A stretch of 63,688 bases of DNA, the filler included, from Basidiobolus meristosporus CBS 931.73 (lineage: Eukaryota; Fungi; Basidiobolomycota), in assembly GCA_002104905.1 (NCBI GenBank). It is 3 parts of 3 records of this genome, joined end to end, with 100 filler letters (N's around TTAATTAATTAA, not from the genome) between each part and the next. Parts side by side here need not be neighbours in the genome. Positions count along the whole stretch, not along the records: positions 1 to 30,576 come from MCFE01000849.1; positions 30,677 to 56,504 come from MCFE01000923.1; 1 more part is not named here. One strand, written 5' to 3'. Below the pieces are notes generated by a model, which was not told the origin of the DNA, did not search any database, and saw only the letters and a program-made list of their open reading frames with translations. Of this stretch, positions 24,961 to 36,577 are shown in pieces. A program made the translations under genes and the position numbers. Positions within the stretch are counted from its first letter, which is position 1. Each line of letters begins with the position of its first letter.

Positions 24961-25534
24961 GGAGGGGCTAACTTGAGCGCGTTACTGCTCCATTGGGGCC
25001 GAGAAAAGAACTAGCTGACAGGCCCACACGAGCTTCATTTGGTGTCAAGGGCAAGTACATAAGCGCACCAATTGAATTAGTTCTGGCGTATTACCCTGAA
25101 ACAACGCATTGTAGAAGTGGCTTGAGCCGGTTCAACTTACGATTTGCCCAGAAATGTTGTGGTGACGTGCAGTCTTCACAGCGAACATTAGTGCTAAATG
25201 TCAACATATTTTCGTAGTAAATCATTTGAGAAATCTTGCTGGGATGGATCTTTGTGTAACACATTACTATTCTGGTAGGGGCAAAACACTCGTAGCTTGC
25301 TTCCATCTGGTTTGAGGCAATACAAGACTTGCTGCGACAAAAATACCCAGATACAAACAGCAAGCCGCCTTGGAGCACACCAATTCAGTCTCACTAGTTG
25401 ACTGTCGATAAGAGCTACTTGGTCTACCGAATCACAACAGTGGATTGAATATTGCGATGATAAACACTTACTGTGGTAGATAATGGGAACATTTCTGAAA
25501 ATGAATTGGATTGTTTCCTCAAATCACTAGCCAC

Positions 25535-25735
25535 CTAAGCGTACAAGCAAGGGATGCAAGCTACGCGATGAATAATTTGTATAATGTACTGCGCACTCTC
25601 TCGTTTAGGATTTTGTAGGTACGCTGTGATTTCAATACGTTTTGACTGCCGCCCGCAACTTTCGCCCCTTAGTGTGTCCTCCGAGCAGTATGCCGCACTT
25701 GTATACCTTGAATGAAGCTGCAACTCACCCAGCAA
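25535..25735 (-). pseudogene. Lipase exon-1 fragment
   Basis: LQLHSRYTSAAYCSEDTL..KRIEITAYLQNP, near-copy of 24760-24960. Confidence 0.7.
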
Positions 25736-28360
25736 GAAGAGACAATTTCAGCGTGTTGCTGTTTGACCTTACTTAAGGAACGACGAAACATCTGAGTTGA
25801 CCGATCCTGATAAAAATCAAGCCACCTTGGCGCGCAAGAACTTGGCCAGTACCTTAATAAGATCTACCTAGTCAGCAGATCATGATCGATGCAGCTGGAT
25901 CTGATTATCGAGAGCTCGGAGGCATGCTATGTGGCTAGACTGTGGCCACAAAAGCCCATCCATTTGTGCACGTCTCCTCTGGAGTAAATGGTCCAAACGA
26001 TAGCGATATGCTCCCCTTGGTAATACGAAATGTATATCGACCAGTAGTTCAAACTGACATATGCTAAAATAGTCCAAGTTTAGCCATCATCTATCGTAAA
26101 ATTTGCAATAGCCTGCTGGTGGCTGTTTATGTCGATTTAGGGCAGTATTATCTAGATAGATTGTTGTGGAATGAATCAGGCATTGAATTCGGCAGTAGCA
26201 CGTACCACTTGTGGAACGTTGCGGTAAAACGTTTGCTCTTTGGATCTATCCTGTTTGAATCGATTCAGGACTTCAGGAATAGCGTAACGCAAGCAGACTT
26301 CAAAAGCAAGCCACCGGAGGCCCTAGGATTACCAGTTGTGCTAAGATCTACTTATTTGGGAGCGGGAGTGGGAATATTTCATTGCGGTCATACTCTGCTG
26401 AGTTACATAGCAAATACTTCTTCCGGGAAGACAATATAATTGTTTAATGTAAGGACAGCCAATAACAAGATCTGTTTGATTAAAGGTGCATGGATACTTG
26501 TATAGACGCGATCTGCCGCATCGAAAATATTGGGATATAGTAATCATATACTGTATATGACGACCATCTTGGCGCACAAGAGCTTAGCCACTACCTTAAT
26601 AAGATCTGCCCAACCATGGAAACTCGATATTGCTAGAACTAGTTATTAAGAGTACCTAAAGTACGTTATGTCACAAAAATGTGACCATATGAAATTGTGT
26701 GTTTCGCTTGCAGAACAAGCATTCTTAAGTGTTGGCCCGATTTACTTACCTGTATGAGATTCTTACCATGTAGCACACAGTCTAGATCGACCGGTGATTT
26801 AAACGGAGCATGGGCTAAAGCAGCCCAGGTTTGGCCACCAGCTATTCCCGAGCTTGGAAAAGCCGTCTTTACGTTGGTGTAGCTATGAATCCTGCTGCCG
26901 GCTCTCGAAGTTGTTTAAACCAGTAGATGTATTGTTGTGGAACACATCGAGTATTTCTACGTTGAAATCTCACGTAATACCTGGGGAACCTCGCGGCAAT
27001 ACGCTGGCCTTTGCCATTCATCCTGTTCGCAGCAATTCAGGAATGGCTTAACACAAACAAACTTGGAAGCAAGTCAGTGAAGGCCAATCTCACTGGGAAC
27101 ATTAGGTGACTGCTCTCAGAAATATCGGCAAGAACTACCTATCTGGGAGTGAGAATTCCACCATGGCCCTACTCATCAAAGATGCAGCAAGTATATACAC
27201 TATTGCTTTTGACAATTAGCACAATCTAGATTAGAGTTTGCGCTTGATTATTGTTATATCTGGCTTGGGGGAAGATATATATACATCAATCAATCATGCA
27301 AAGAATCCTGCGGGTGATGCTTTAGATGAATCGTTATGTTATGTTTCTGAGTTTGAGCCATTATGAAGCACTTATTATGTGGGAGCTAAGTTCTCGTGGC
27401 TTGCCAGCTGTATCTATTTGGTTTGAGGCAATACAAGGCTGGCTGCCAGAAAAATAGTCAAGCACAAACAGCAAGTCGCCTTAGAGTACCAATATTCATT
27501 TTCTACAGGAACCCTCAATAAGATCTGGTCAGTTTACGTTCTCCAGTAACCCTCAATAAAATCTACGGAATCAATTCAATGTTGCAACCAGATACTTGTT
27601 CTGACTAATACTGTTATGTTTCTGTACACGGATTAGATTTGCATGTGTTGTAAGGTTGGCGCGCAACCCAATGAGCTTATGAACACTTTTAGAGATGATA
27701 GCGTAGCTCAAGTCATTACAAAGCGCCCGTAGTAATAATAGTGGAGCTTACTTCCCAGAGTATTATAAGGTTGCGAATGATCATTGGCCATTATAATGGA
27801 AATGTCAGTACACTTCAGATGACAACGCAGCCTGTTGAAGATGCTTACCAATATACCATGTGGCTAGGTACAGTCAACCTTCCTTGTAACAGCTTACTGT
27901 CACAAAGACAGTGATCAAATAACTCACAAATCAGACCGCATTGTTTTGAAACAGCTTGAAGTAGGCAGACTGGAGCCACTTGGCAACCACATAAATCTTG
28001 ATCAAGACAACCTTAGAGTCGGGTAATGTATAAATTGTGCACATTGGTGTAGCATCTATGAGTTGAATTTACCATTGCTGACAAGTATGGCAGCTGTCGG
28101 CTTTTCGCGATATATTTCAATTTGTATCTACCTTTGATAGTGCACAACAATCCAGCTTCAGATACAGTTACACACCCCGTGAGTAGTAGAATGTTTGTGT
28201 AGCCCTTTTCTGGTGAATTATATGCTGTACCAATCAAAAGGCCTTTTATTACGTGGGTCAGAAGAACGGTACATCCACACAGCTCAATGCGAATGTACTA
28301 CTGAGCAGTATGCACTCATTTGTATATTAATAAGAGCTTGCTAGCACATAAACCATCGAA

Positions 28361-29604
28361 ATGAGGGGCCTCTTAGTTCTATCTGTTCATTTTTTAGCCT
28401 TGGCGTTCGCTATTGCTGCTGCTCCATTGAGCAAACCTCTTGTTCCTGTGGGCCCAGATGTGTTGAAGACTTTGAAGTTGCATGCAAATTACGCCCAAGC
28501 TGCTTACTGCTCGCGGTCCGATCTTCAATCAAATATCCAAGGCTGTAATAAAAAGCTAGAGAATGTGAAGCTTGTTTCTTATCTCTACAATCCAGACGCT
28601 GATTCCGCCGGGTTTGTTGGCATAGACCGAAAGGCCAAGAAAGTCATACTTTCCTTCCGAGGGTTAGTGAGATCCATTGGATAATGCTGAGTATTGAACT
28701 TGCTCAAATGCGGACTTCTAATTTCTAGATCGGTTTCCGGCCAAAACTGGGTCTCTAATGGAAATGGTAAGCTGGTCCCATTCCATCGTAATGCCGGGGG
28801 AGAGCAGCTGCTAGTTCATGAAGGATTCCTCAAAGTGTATCTAAGTTTGAAAGCCCAGATTCAACGTTCAATCAAAACTGTACTGGCTGACGCTACCATA
28901 GCCAAAGATCAGTACAAGCTTGTAGTTACTGGCCATTCCTTGGTATGCTTGCATTTCAATCACCTTTACAAGTGTTCTTAAATCGAATGTTCCAAATATA
29001 GGGCGGTGGCATTGCAACTTTGGCCGCTCTGGATCTGTTAATGTCAAAGCATGAAAGCCAGCGCTCGCACTTGCTTAGTAATAGGCTGTTCCTTCACACA
29101 TATGGGGAGCCAGCAATTGGGAATGCGGCTTTTGTTCAATTTCTTCTGGACACATTTCGGGCTAAATCCGCTGTCAGTAATATTGCACGCGTGACAAACA
29201 AATCCGATGGTGTGGTGCTATTATCTCCAGTGCTTCTTACAGATTCCGCCATAATACTAAAAGGCGCTAATACTGTATACAATTGGTATAAGAATGCCGT
29301 TAAGTGGGCAAAAGATCTTTTCAGCAAAAGTCCCGGTAACACTCCTGGACTGAATGAGTCAGGGAAAAATGTACATGTAGACCTATATATGCATCATCCC
29401 GGGGAAATTCATATAACGGAGAATGAAAGCACCGTTTACTGCAAGGACATTGCCAGTGGACATGCGACTTACGATCACAGGTGCAGCGGTTCACTATGGG
29501 GTAATTTATGTCGCGACCACCTGAAATATTGGGATATCAAGTTTGCTGACGTTAAGGTCCCATTGAATTTGCTATTCATCAATGATCGTTGTAAATCTCG
29601 TTGA
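28361..29604 (+). CDS. Secreted class-3 triacylglycerol lipase; exons 28361-28662, 28729-28942, 29002-29604
   Basis: Signal peptide; spliced product gives SFRGS and GHSLGGG; VHEGF, TYGEP, RVTNKSD, DHLKY; GT-AG introns restore the frame. Confidence 0.9.
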
Positions 29605-29746
29605 GTATCCTTTTGTCTGAGAGCTCCAATAAAGCTTATATATAATAAATATGATGTGGGCTAATTTGCATCATGGAGGGAGTTTACTAACTATGTTATT
29701 CCCCTGCCAGAAATCTGTGAAGTACTCCACGTAAGCTAGCTTTGGC

Positions 29747-30349
29747 TTAGGGGAGGGAAAGTCACCAAGGTAGGTGAAATCTTTATTTGATTTCAGACAA
29801 GTCTAACTACAAATAAAGAAGCCAGCTGGGAATAGAAGATTCCCAAAGTAAACACTAAGTTGAATATGAATAAATCTAAGCTAAAGTTAAGGCAGTATCC
29901 CAGAGTACACTGGAGTTCAGGTTCATGGGGGAGTGAAGTAGATAAGCTTGAGAGATATAATAATCTTTAAGGAAGTGGATAACAGCAGGTGAAGGGGAGT
30001 TTTTGATAAGTGAAGTGAATCTTGAGAGCAAAGATTCCTCTAATGAGAAGGTCTTGTAAACTGGAGAATCAGGAAACTCTTGAAAGGCATGGTCAGTAGG
30101 TTCCCAGTAAAACTGGTCAGAGACATTTTGAGAGAATTGTTTAGCAATACTTTTGTCAAGTACTACCTCCAGAGTGTGATGGTTGATAAATCTCATGTTA
30201 ACAATCTTGGACAAATTGTAACCTTGTTGCTTGAGATACATCCTATGCTCAGATATAGGAATAAACTCCACATTGGCAAAGTAGCAGACAGCCCAGTCAG
30301 TAGCAGGAGGTAAATCAGAAGTGGCAGGAAACTTTCTTTTAGTCTTGGG
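29747..30349 (-). mobile_element. Family D telomeric retroelement, ORF1-only, 5'-truncated
   Basis: Begins TTAGGGG-AGGGAAAGTCACC-AAGGTA-GGTGAAATCTTTATTT; frame LPPATDWAVCYFANVEFIPISEHR..LSKIVN..LEVVLDKSIA aligns with family A ORF1; stop at 29876, about 125 bp from the 3' module, no RT. Confidence 0.85.
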
Positions 30350-30385
30350 TTAGGGGGGAGACAGTCACCAACAGGTGAAATCTTT
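30350..30385 (-). mobile_element. Ultra-short 3' stub of family A
   Basis: TTAGGGGGG-AGACAGTCACCAACAGGTGAAATCTTT, identical to the A5 terminus, then telomere. Confidence 0.9.
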
Positions 30386-30576
30386 GTTAGGGTTAGGGTT
30401 AGGGTTAGGGTTAGGGTTAGGGTTAGGGGTTAGGGTTAGGGTTAGGGTTAGGGTTAGGGTTAGGGTTAGGGTTAGGGTTAGGGTTAGGGTTAGGGTTAGG
30501 GTTAGGGTTAGGGTTAGGGTTAGGGTTAGGGTTAGGGTTAGGGTTAGGGTTAGGGTTAGGGTTAGGGTTAGGGTTA
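30386..30576 (+). repeat. Telomere (TTAGGG)n, end of contig 1
   Basis: About 31 perfect repeats with one TTAGGGG variant; G-rich strand points to the contig end. Confidence 0.98.
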
Positions 30577-30676
30577 NNNNNNNNNNNNNNNNNNNNNNNN
30601 NNNNNNNNNNNNNNNNNNNNTTAATTAATTAANNNNNNNNNNNNNNNNNNNNNNNNNNNNNNNNNNNNNNNNNNNN
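30577..30676. other. Artificial contig spacer
   Basis: N-run, TTAATTAATTAA six-frame stop linker, N-run; 100 bp. Confidence 0.98.
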
Positions 30677-30826
30677 CCTTTGGTATGCATGATTTAGCAA
30701 GGAGCTATCAGATTCATATCCACCATTCCCAAATAGTCGAATTCATCTCATTTAAAATTATTTGACAGGGAAAATTTCTACTCCAACACAGCTTAAGAGG
30801 TTAAGCCACTTAGGTATACTTCAACC

Positions 30827-32542
30827 ATGTCCAAAAGCAATGCGTTCATGCGCAACCTGATAGAGCTATGTAAGCGCAGGGGTTTCCTTTTTCAGTCAGC
30901 CGAGATTCACGGCGGTCTTCGTGGGGCCTACGATTACGGACCGCTTGGTGTAGAGCTCAAACGGAACCTCTCGGAAGCTTGGTGGTCCGACATGGTATAC
31001 AAAAAAGATAATGTAGTTGGCGTGGACACCTCTATCATCACCCCACCTGGGGTTTTCAAAGCCTCCGGACATTTGGAATCCTTCACGGATGCTTTGGTGG
31101 ACTGTAAATTGACCAAGGAGAGATTTCGCGCCGACAAGGCCCCGCCGCTTACAGTCATCGAAAAAAACGGCAGAAAAGTGCTCCCTATTGCTGCACCCGA
31201 TAAGGCTGTTGCCAAAGATTGGGAGCAGATGATCCAGCAGCTTTTACCTGGTATTTCGATTTCTCGGCATGGCAAGGAGTTGGTGCTACCCATAGTCGAC
31301 TTCCAGAAGCCTGCCTCGGTGGAAACTGCCGAGACCAACCCTGGAAAAATCATCTTCGAAGGGAAGGAAGCCGCTGTCGAGTTGGCGTACCGCGGCTATG
31401 TGGAGCCAAATAGCAATTCCCCATTTTTGACTGACAGCCGACCATTTAATCTAATGTTCAAAACGTTCCTGGATCCCATCGATCCTATAGAGAGAGTCAT
31501 GACCACTACGTTGGCAGGTTCCCAAGAGACCGATGACATCAAAAAGCTTCGCCAGTCCGTGGACTCGGTGTTGGCTGGATCCACAGTTTTCCTCCGACCA
31601 GAGACCGCGCAGGGAGTCTTCGTCAACTTCCTTGCTTGCCAGCGCACCCAGAAGCTTCGTCCACCCTTCGGCATCGCTCAGATCGGCAAATCATTCCGTA
31701 ACGAGATTCGCCTCGAGCATGCAATCTTTCGTACGCCAGAGTTCGAACAGATGGAGTTGGAGTATTTTGTCCCTCCAGAAGACGATTCTAAATGGCTTTC
31801 ATATTGGACTGAAGAGCGCTTCAAGTGGTGGAAACGGTATGCCAACCATCCAGAGAATTTCCGCCAACGTCCCCACGAAGAGCATGAGCTTGCTCACTAC
31901 GCTAAAGGCTGCGTAGATGTTGAATACAAGTTCCCTTGGGGCTGGGGTGAAGTGGAGGGAGTAGCCAACAGAGGGGATTACGACCTAAAACAGCATTCCG
32001 AGCATTCCGGCGTAAGACTAGACTACAGCGAAGATTCCAAGGATTTGATCACCGAGAGCGGTGAACAAAGGACCGAAAAACGATCATACGTCCCCTATGT
32101 GATCGAATCCTCCTGCGGATTGAACCGCGCTCTTCTTGCTTATCTCGTCGACGCGTACAGCGAGGACAGCGTTATCGACCCCACTACCGGCAAGAGCGCG
32201 AAGAGACCATTGCTACGTCTTCACCCACAATTGGCACCCATCAAGGTTGCGGTCATGCCACTGATGCCTAAGCCGGAGCTGATGCCTCTCACCAAGCAAT
32301 TGGTTAAAGCGTTCCGACGGGAAAGAATCAATGTCCGCTTGGAAGATCAGAATCTCAAGATCGGGAAGCGGTACTATAGACACGACGAGATCGGTACCCC
32401 TTGGTGTGTCACAGTGGATTATCAATCTTTGGAGGACAACATGATCACAATTCGTGACAGAGATACAATGGAGCAAAAGCGTGTTGACATTGAGGGCGTT
32501 GTAAAGATGGTCAAAGAAAAGCTGACTGATGTAGACGAGTAA
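30827..32542 (+). CDS. glyS: Glycyl-tRNA synthetase, bacterial alpha2 (dimeric) type, intronless
   Basis: LCKRRGF..EIHGGL..YDYGPLGVELK, FLRPETAQG, GIAQIGKSFRNE, EFEQMELEYF, GWGEVEGVANRGDYDL, anticodon domain DEIGTPWCVTVD. Confidence 0.92.
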   Translation: MSKSNAFMRNLIELCKRRGFLFQSAEIHGGLRGAYDYGPLGVELKRNLSEAWWSDMVYKKDNVVGVDTSIITPPGVFKASGHLESFTDALVDCKLTKERFRADKAPPLTVIEKNGRKVLPIAAPDKAVAKDWEQMIQQLLPGISISRHGKELVLPIVDFQKPASVETAETNPGKIIFEGKEAAVELAYRGYVEPNSNSPFLTDSRPFNLMFKTFLDPIDPIERVMTTTLAGSQETDDIKKLRQSVDSVLAGSTVFLRPETAQGVFVNFLACQRTQKLRPPFGIAQIGKSFRNEIRLEHAIFRTPEFEQMELEYFVPPEDDSKWLSYWTEERFKWWKRYANHPENFRQRPHEEHELAHYAKGCVDVEYKFPWGWGEVEGVANRGDYDLKQHSEHSGVRLDYSEDSKDLITESGEQRTEKRSYVPYVIESSCGLNRALLAYLVDAYSEDSVIDPTTGKSAKRPLLRLHPQLAPIKVAVMPLMPKPELMPLTKQLVKAFRRERINVRLEDQNLKIGKRYYRHDEIGTPWCVTVDYQSLEDNMITIRDRDTMEQKRVDIEGVVKMVKEKLTDVDE

Positions 32543-33563
32543 GCCCGGTTTGCCTAATCCCGAGGCGAGGCAATCTCTTGCCAAGTAGCGGATACCATGC
32601 ATAAGTTTCTCATTTCGTTACACCACGTTGCATCATCATTCAAATCAGCCAAGCTGCGAATTAAATTCTTTTGGGAGAACATCTCCAGTGTCAATAAAAA
32701 GCGATTCTCATTCAATCGAGTGATTCGATTCTATTGGTAAATATTCGTGGCGGGAGTGCCAACCTCTGGATGCCAGATATCCTTTGATAGTTGGAGGATG
32801 CTAATTGTAATCCAAGAGGTGTGATGTCGACCCTTCCTTGCGTCAGGCCCAGTCATGGTTGATTACTCCATGCTATTGCGATGTTGTGAGCAGATAGCGA
32901 GGACACAGGGGGTGGTGGCAAAACCATCATCACGGTGGTATTCGATACGCGATATGGATTGGCTCTTCGCGAGATGCTAATTCGAATCCAGGATTTCCAC
33001 TGCTAGTCTCTGCAGGCGGTAGAGCAGCCTGATCTATCCGAATCCGCTAGCATGGTCCACCATCGAGATCTAGCTAGTGTACATCTTTCGTTTCTACAAC
33101 TCAATCTTGCAGCATAAACCTCGATCTGTGGGGGCATGGGTCTACCTCCAATGCCTTGCTGAATCATGTTCTAATTGATCCTTTAGATTGATAACTCTCT
33201 CCAATCAAATGTTGACTACCTGATTCTGTGACGAATTCGTTATTTCTTTATGATGTCTATTGAGCAGAATGATTGGAGAACGTCCGCCTAATTCTAATAA
33301 AGGAGCTCATTGCGAATATAGGAGTTGAATTCAATGGACTTCAAATAGGAGTTAATCTGACCCAACTGCATAAACCATCATTTGTTTACCAATTCTTGAA
33401 TAACGATTTAGCCACACCTTTGGACTCTTTCTTTCCAGTTCTCGCGCTTCAGTTAGACGCTACGTAACCGCCATCTACTTTGAGCCATATCTCCCATACC
33501 ATTGATTAATATCTGGTTTACTGCCTCTGCCGCTGTGCCACTTCCACCACCATAAGCAAGATA

Positions 33564-34902
33564 ATGCCTAAAGAGCCAAAGAAGCGCACTGGCTTCCTTA
33601 ATTCACTAGAGCCGGAGCAGAAAGTTGCTCTGGACGAACTATGGAAGGTGCTCATTGAGAAATTCGAAACGAACGAGGTAGAGGAAACAGAATCGCCCAC
33701 AGAGAACACCCATGAAAACAATAGAAAATCCGGCTTTGGTAAATTCTTCAATAGAAACAAAACGGAAAAAGAGGAGCCAAAACAAACGAAAGCCACTCCG
33801 GAGCCAGAGACCCCCGCCAATCAGCAAACCCTAAGAGAGAGTTTCTGGAGGTTTGTATTGGGCGACCATCCTGATTCGATCCTCCTACGTTACTTGAGGG
33901 CCCGTAAATTCAACGTGAGCAAGGCTTCGAAGATGTTGCTTGGCACTTTGAAGTGGCGTATCCAAAACGATGTATCGGGCATTATTGAGAAGGGAGAGAA
34001 GATCGTCAGCACCCATGTTCTTCAAATTGGGAAGGGTTATCTGTATGGAGTCGATAAAGAAGGAAGGCCTGTTAGGTAAGTGCTTCAATACAGCTTGTAG
34101 TAGTGCATGGCTGGCTATGCCGGGGTGAAGCCAAGTTAAAACCGAATCCTAACCGGCGTATTCGAAATAGCTTTTGTCATGTTCGACTTCACAACAAGGA
34201 CGATGAACCTATTGAAGAACTCGAGAAATTCACCATTTGGTTGATGGAGACCGCGCGTTTATTCCTGATCCCGCCTGCGGATTGTGTCTCTGTTGTCTTC
34301 GACATGAAAGACTTCTCGCTGAGTAACATGGACTATCCATTTGTTTCATTCATGAACAAGGTTTTGGAGAGTCACTACCCCGAAAGTTTGGGGGTGGCAT
34401 TGATATTGGGAGCACCTTGGGTATTCTCTGGTACTATTCATATTTCAACCTTGTCTGACGAAGCAAGTACTCATGTTTCATCTCAGGTGTTTGGAAAGTG
34501 GTCTCCCCTCTACTCGATCCAGTTGTTGCCAGTAAGGTGCAGTTCCTTGACAAATATGAGGATCTACAGAAGTTCATTGAGCCAAGTATGCTGTTAAAGC
34601 AGTTTGGTGGCCAGAACCCTTATGAGTTCAAGTTTGTCCCACCACAGCCTGGTGAAAATGACATAATGAATGATACCGAGGCCAAGAATCTAGCTTACGA
34701 GCAATGGTGGAAATCAGTTGACCAGTTCGAGAAAATCACTGCCACTCGACTTGCTTCCCCAAGCCCAGAGGTGGAGCAACAGCGGGAGGCTGCTGCCAAA
34801 CAGTTACGAGCGGACTATTTCAAATTGGATCCATACATCCGTGCTAGAACAGTCTATCACCGAGTTGGGATACTTCACAATGATGGCTCAGTGCACTGGT
34901 AA
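33564..34902 (+). CDS. Sec14/CRAL-TRIO phosphatidylinositol-transfer protein (CSR1/SFH2-like); exons about 33564-34075, 34171-34430, 34487-34902
   Basis: DHPDSILLRYLRARKFNV, VVFDMKDFSLSNMDY, HYPESLG, SPLLDPVVASKVQF; GT-AG introns restore the frame. Confidence 0.88.
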
Positions 34903-36577
34903 ACTCTCACTCCAACGAATTGAGCCTCGTTAGCGTGTTGCTAGTTACATGAAGTTGGTATTTAGTATGATGACTTGGCTTGACCTTTGTTCTAATTCCA
35001 CTCGTTCGAAGTGAACCATATTTGGAAATAAACTTAATTTGTCAGTACCGGTGATATGCTGACTGCTTCAATAGTTCATTTGTTACGGGTCCAGTTTAAT
35101 ATCATCGGATAGTCATCAATGCAACACGTAACCCTTCTGAGCCATCATGATTCCGTAGCACAGAAATCTTGGGTTGTCGATTTGCTTTTGCCATGAATTT
35201 ATGCCTTCATGATAGCAGATTGGTTTGGGCTTAGCCAACGTATGTAAAACGCACTTAAGCTAGCAGTTCATTTCGTTGCTTAAGGTTGAGTGGAGAGCGA
35301 TGGAGATAATCCCTTCAATGACGTCAACTGTGTCATATTATAAATGGAAATCGCCAGCCCATGAGTATATACGGGGCAGTAACGGAAATGGTAACAAATT
35401 TGTGCACCAATTCATACTTTCACAGCAATAGTTAGCAAATCTCCCAGATATGCACACAACTCTCCGCGTTATCATCTGTGGATTGTTGTAGGGAATAAGC
35501 CAGGAAGCATAGACCGACTACTCCTAGCAAATACCCGCGTACGAATGGAAACATTGGAGTATAAGATACTTCCAAGAACAATAAAATACAGGTCTTCATA
35601 TAAATATAACAGGTATCCAAAGACGGAGAGGGGCTAAATCCAAAATCAGTGTTCCAACTATTAAGAATTAGGCGGTTTGACCACAAGATCAATAGTATTT
35701 GAGTGTTGGTGCCCTGATGAAACTCCGGATTATCAATGATGGTGCCTGTATATAAAGGAGTTCTTGTAGATATATGATGAGATGGTATAAGATCTACCGC
35801 AATCATTCATCGACAAAGACGGAGATTAAAGCAAAGGTATAAGAGATGCTATATTTAAATTGACCCCAAAGCATGTACACTTGAATACATATAGAGGCTA
35901 ATCTCGAAGCTTTCTTGTGCCTTACTCAATACAACCGACTGTTGGCTTTACAAGAACTCTGACGATCGAATTAATATACTCCGCTCATCCTGATAATTCC
36001 TAACCTCATAAACTCATTATACAGGAAATGCACTACATTAGAGTCATGATGCCACTAAGTCATTCCTGCTACGCTGAAACATACTCATGTTCTTGCTCGC
36101 CATTTCTTGAAACGTACATAGAACCAATATTGCCAAAATGTAGAGATTGATGTAAGCTGATATCCTTATATATGAACTAATTATTCATGATCAAAAACCA
36201 TTGCTGGCACAGAATTAATCAAATAGAGGACTAAGATGTGAGGTAGGAACACATATCATGTAAAAGGCCTAATGGGTTTTTGGGAAGGTATTGCAAATCT
36301 GTTACTTTCAGGTGTATACAGCAATTGTATGTGATGATTTCTATATATGTAAGCAAGGAAAAGCATTTAACAACAATACCTATATAGTGGACATCTCCCA
36401 CAAGCGGACTTAAAAGAACTGCTAGGACTGGCAAGTAATATGCACATATTAGCTGTGAATAAAACAGATATATCTACCAAGCTATAGGTGCATAGTGGAG
36501 TACTTTCTATATATTTTCACTTCCAATGCCTCAACCATTCTTTGGCACCCTAAACCAGGCATATAATACGCTCATTC

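Noticed and set aside
30375-30632. ORFs of LGLG/VRVR repeats (also 56282-56560)
   Set aside because: Translation of telomere repeats running into the spacer
30577-30676. TTAATTAATTAA palindrome inside N-runs (also 56549-56560)
   Set aside because: Six-frame stop linker used to concatenate contigs; not biological, and adjacency across it means nothing
30827-32542. Possibility that the GlyRS-like gene is a POLG2-type accessory subunit
   Set aside because: The catalytic motifs (RPETAQG, FRNE, EFEQME, motif 3 Arg) are retained, as in active synthetases
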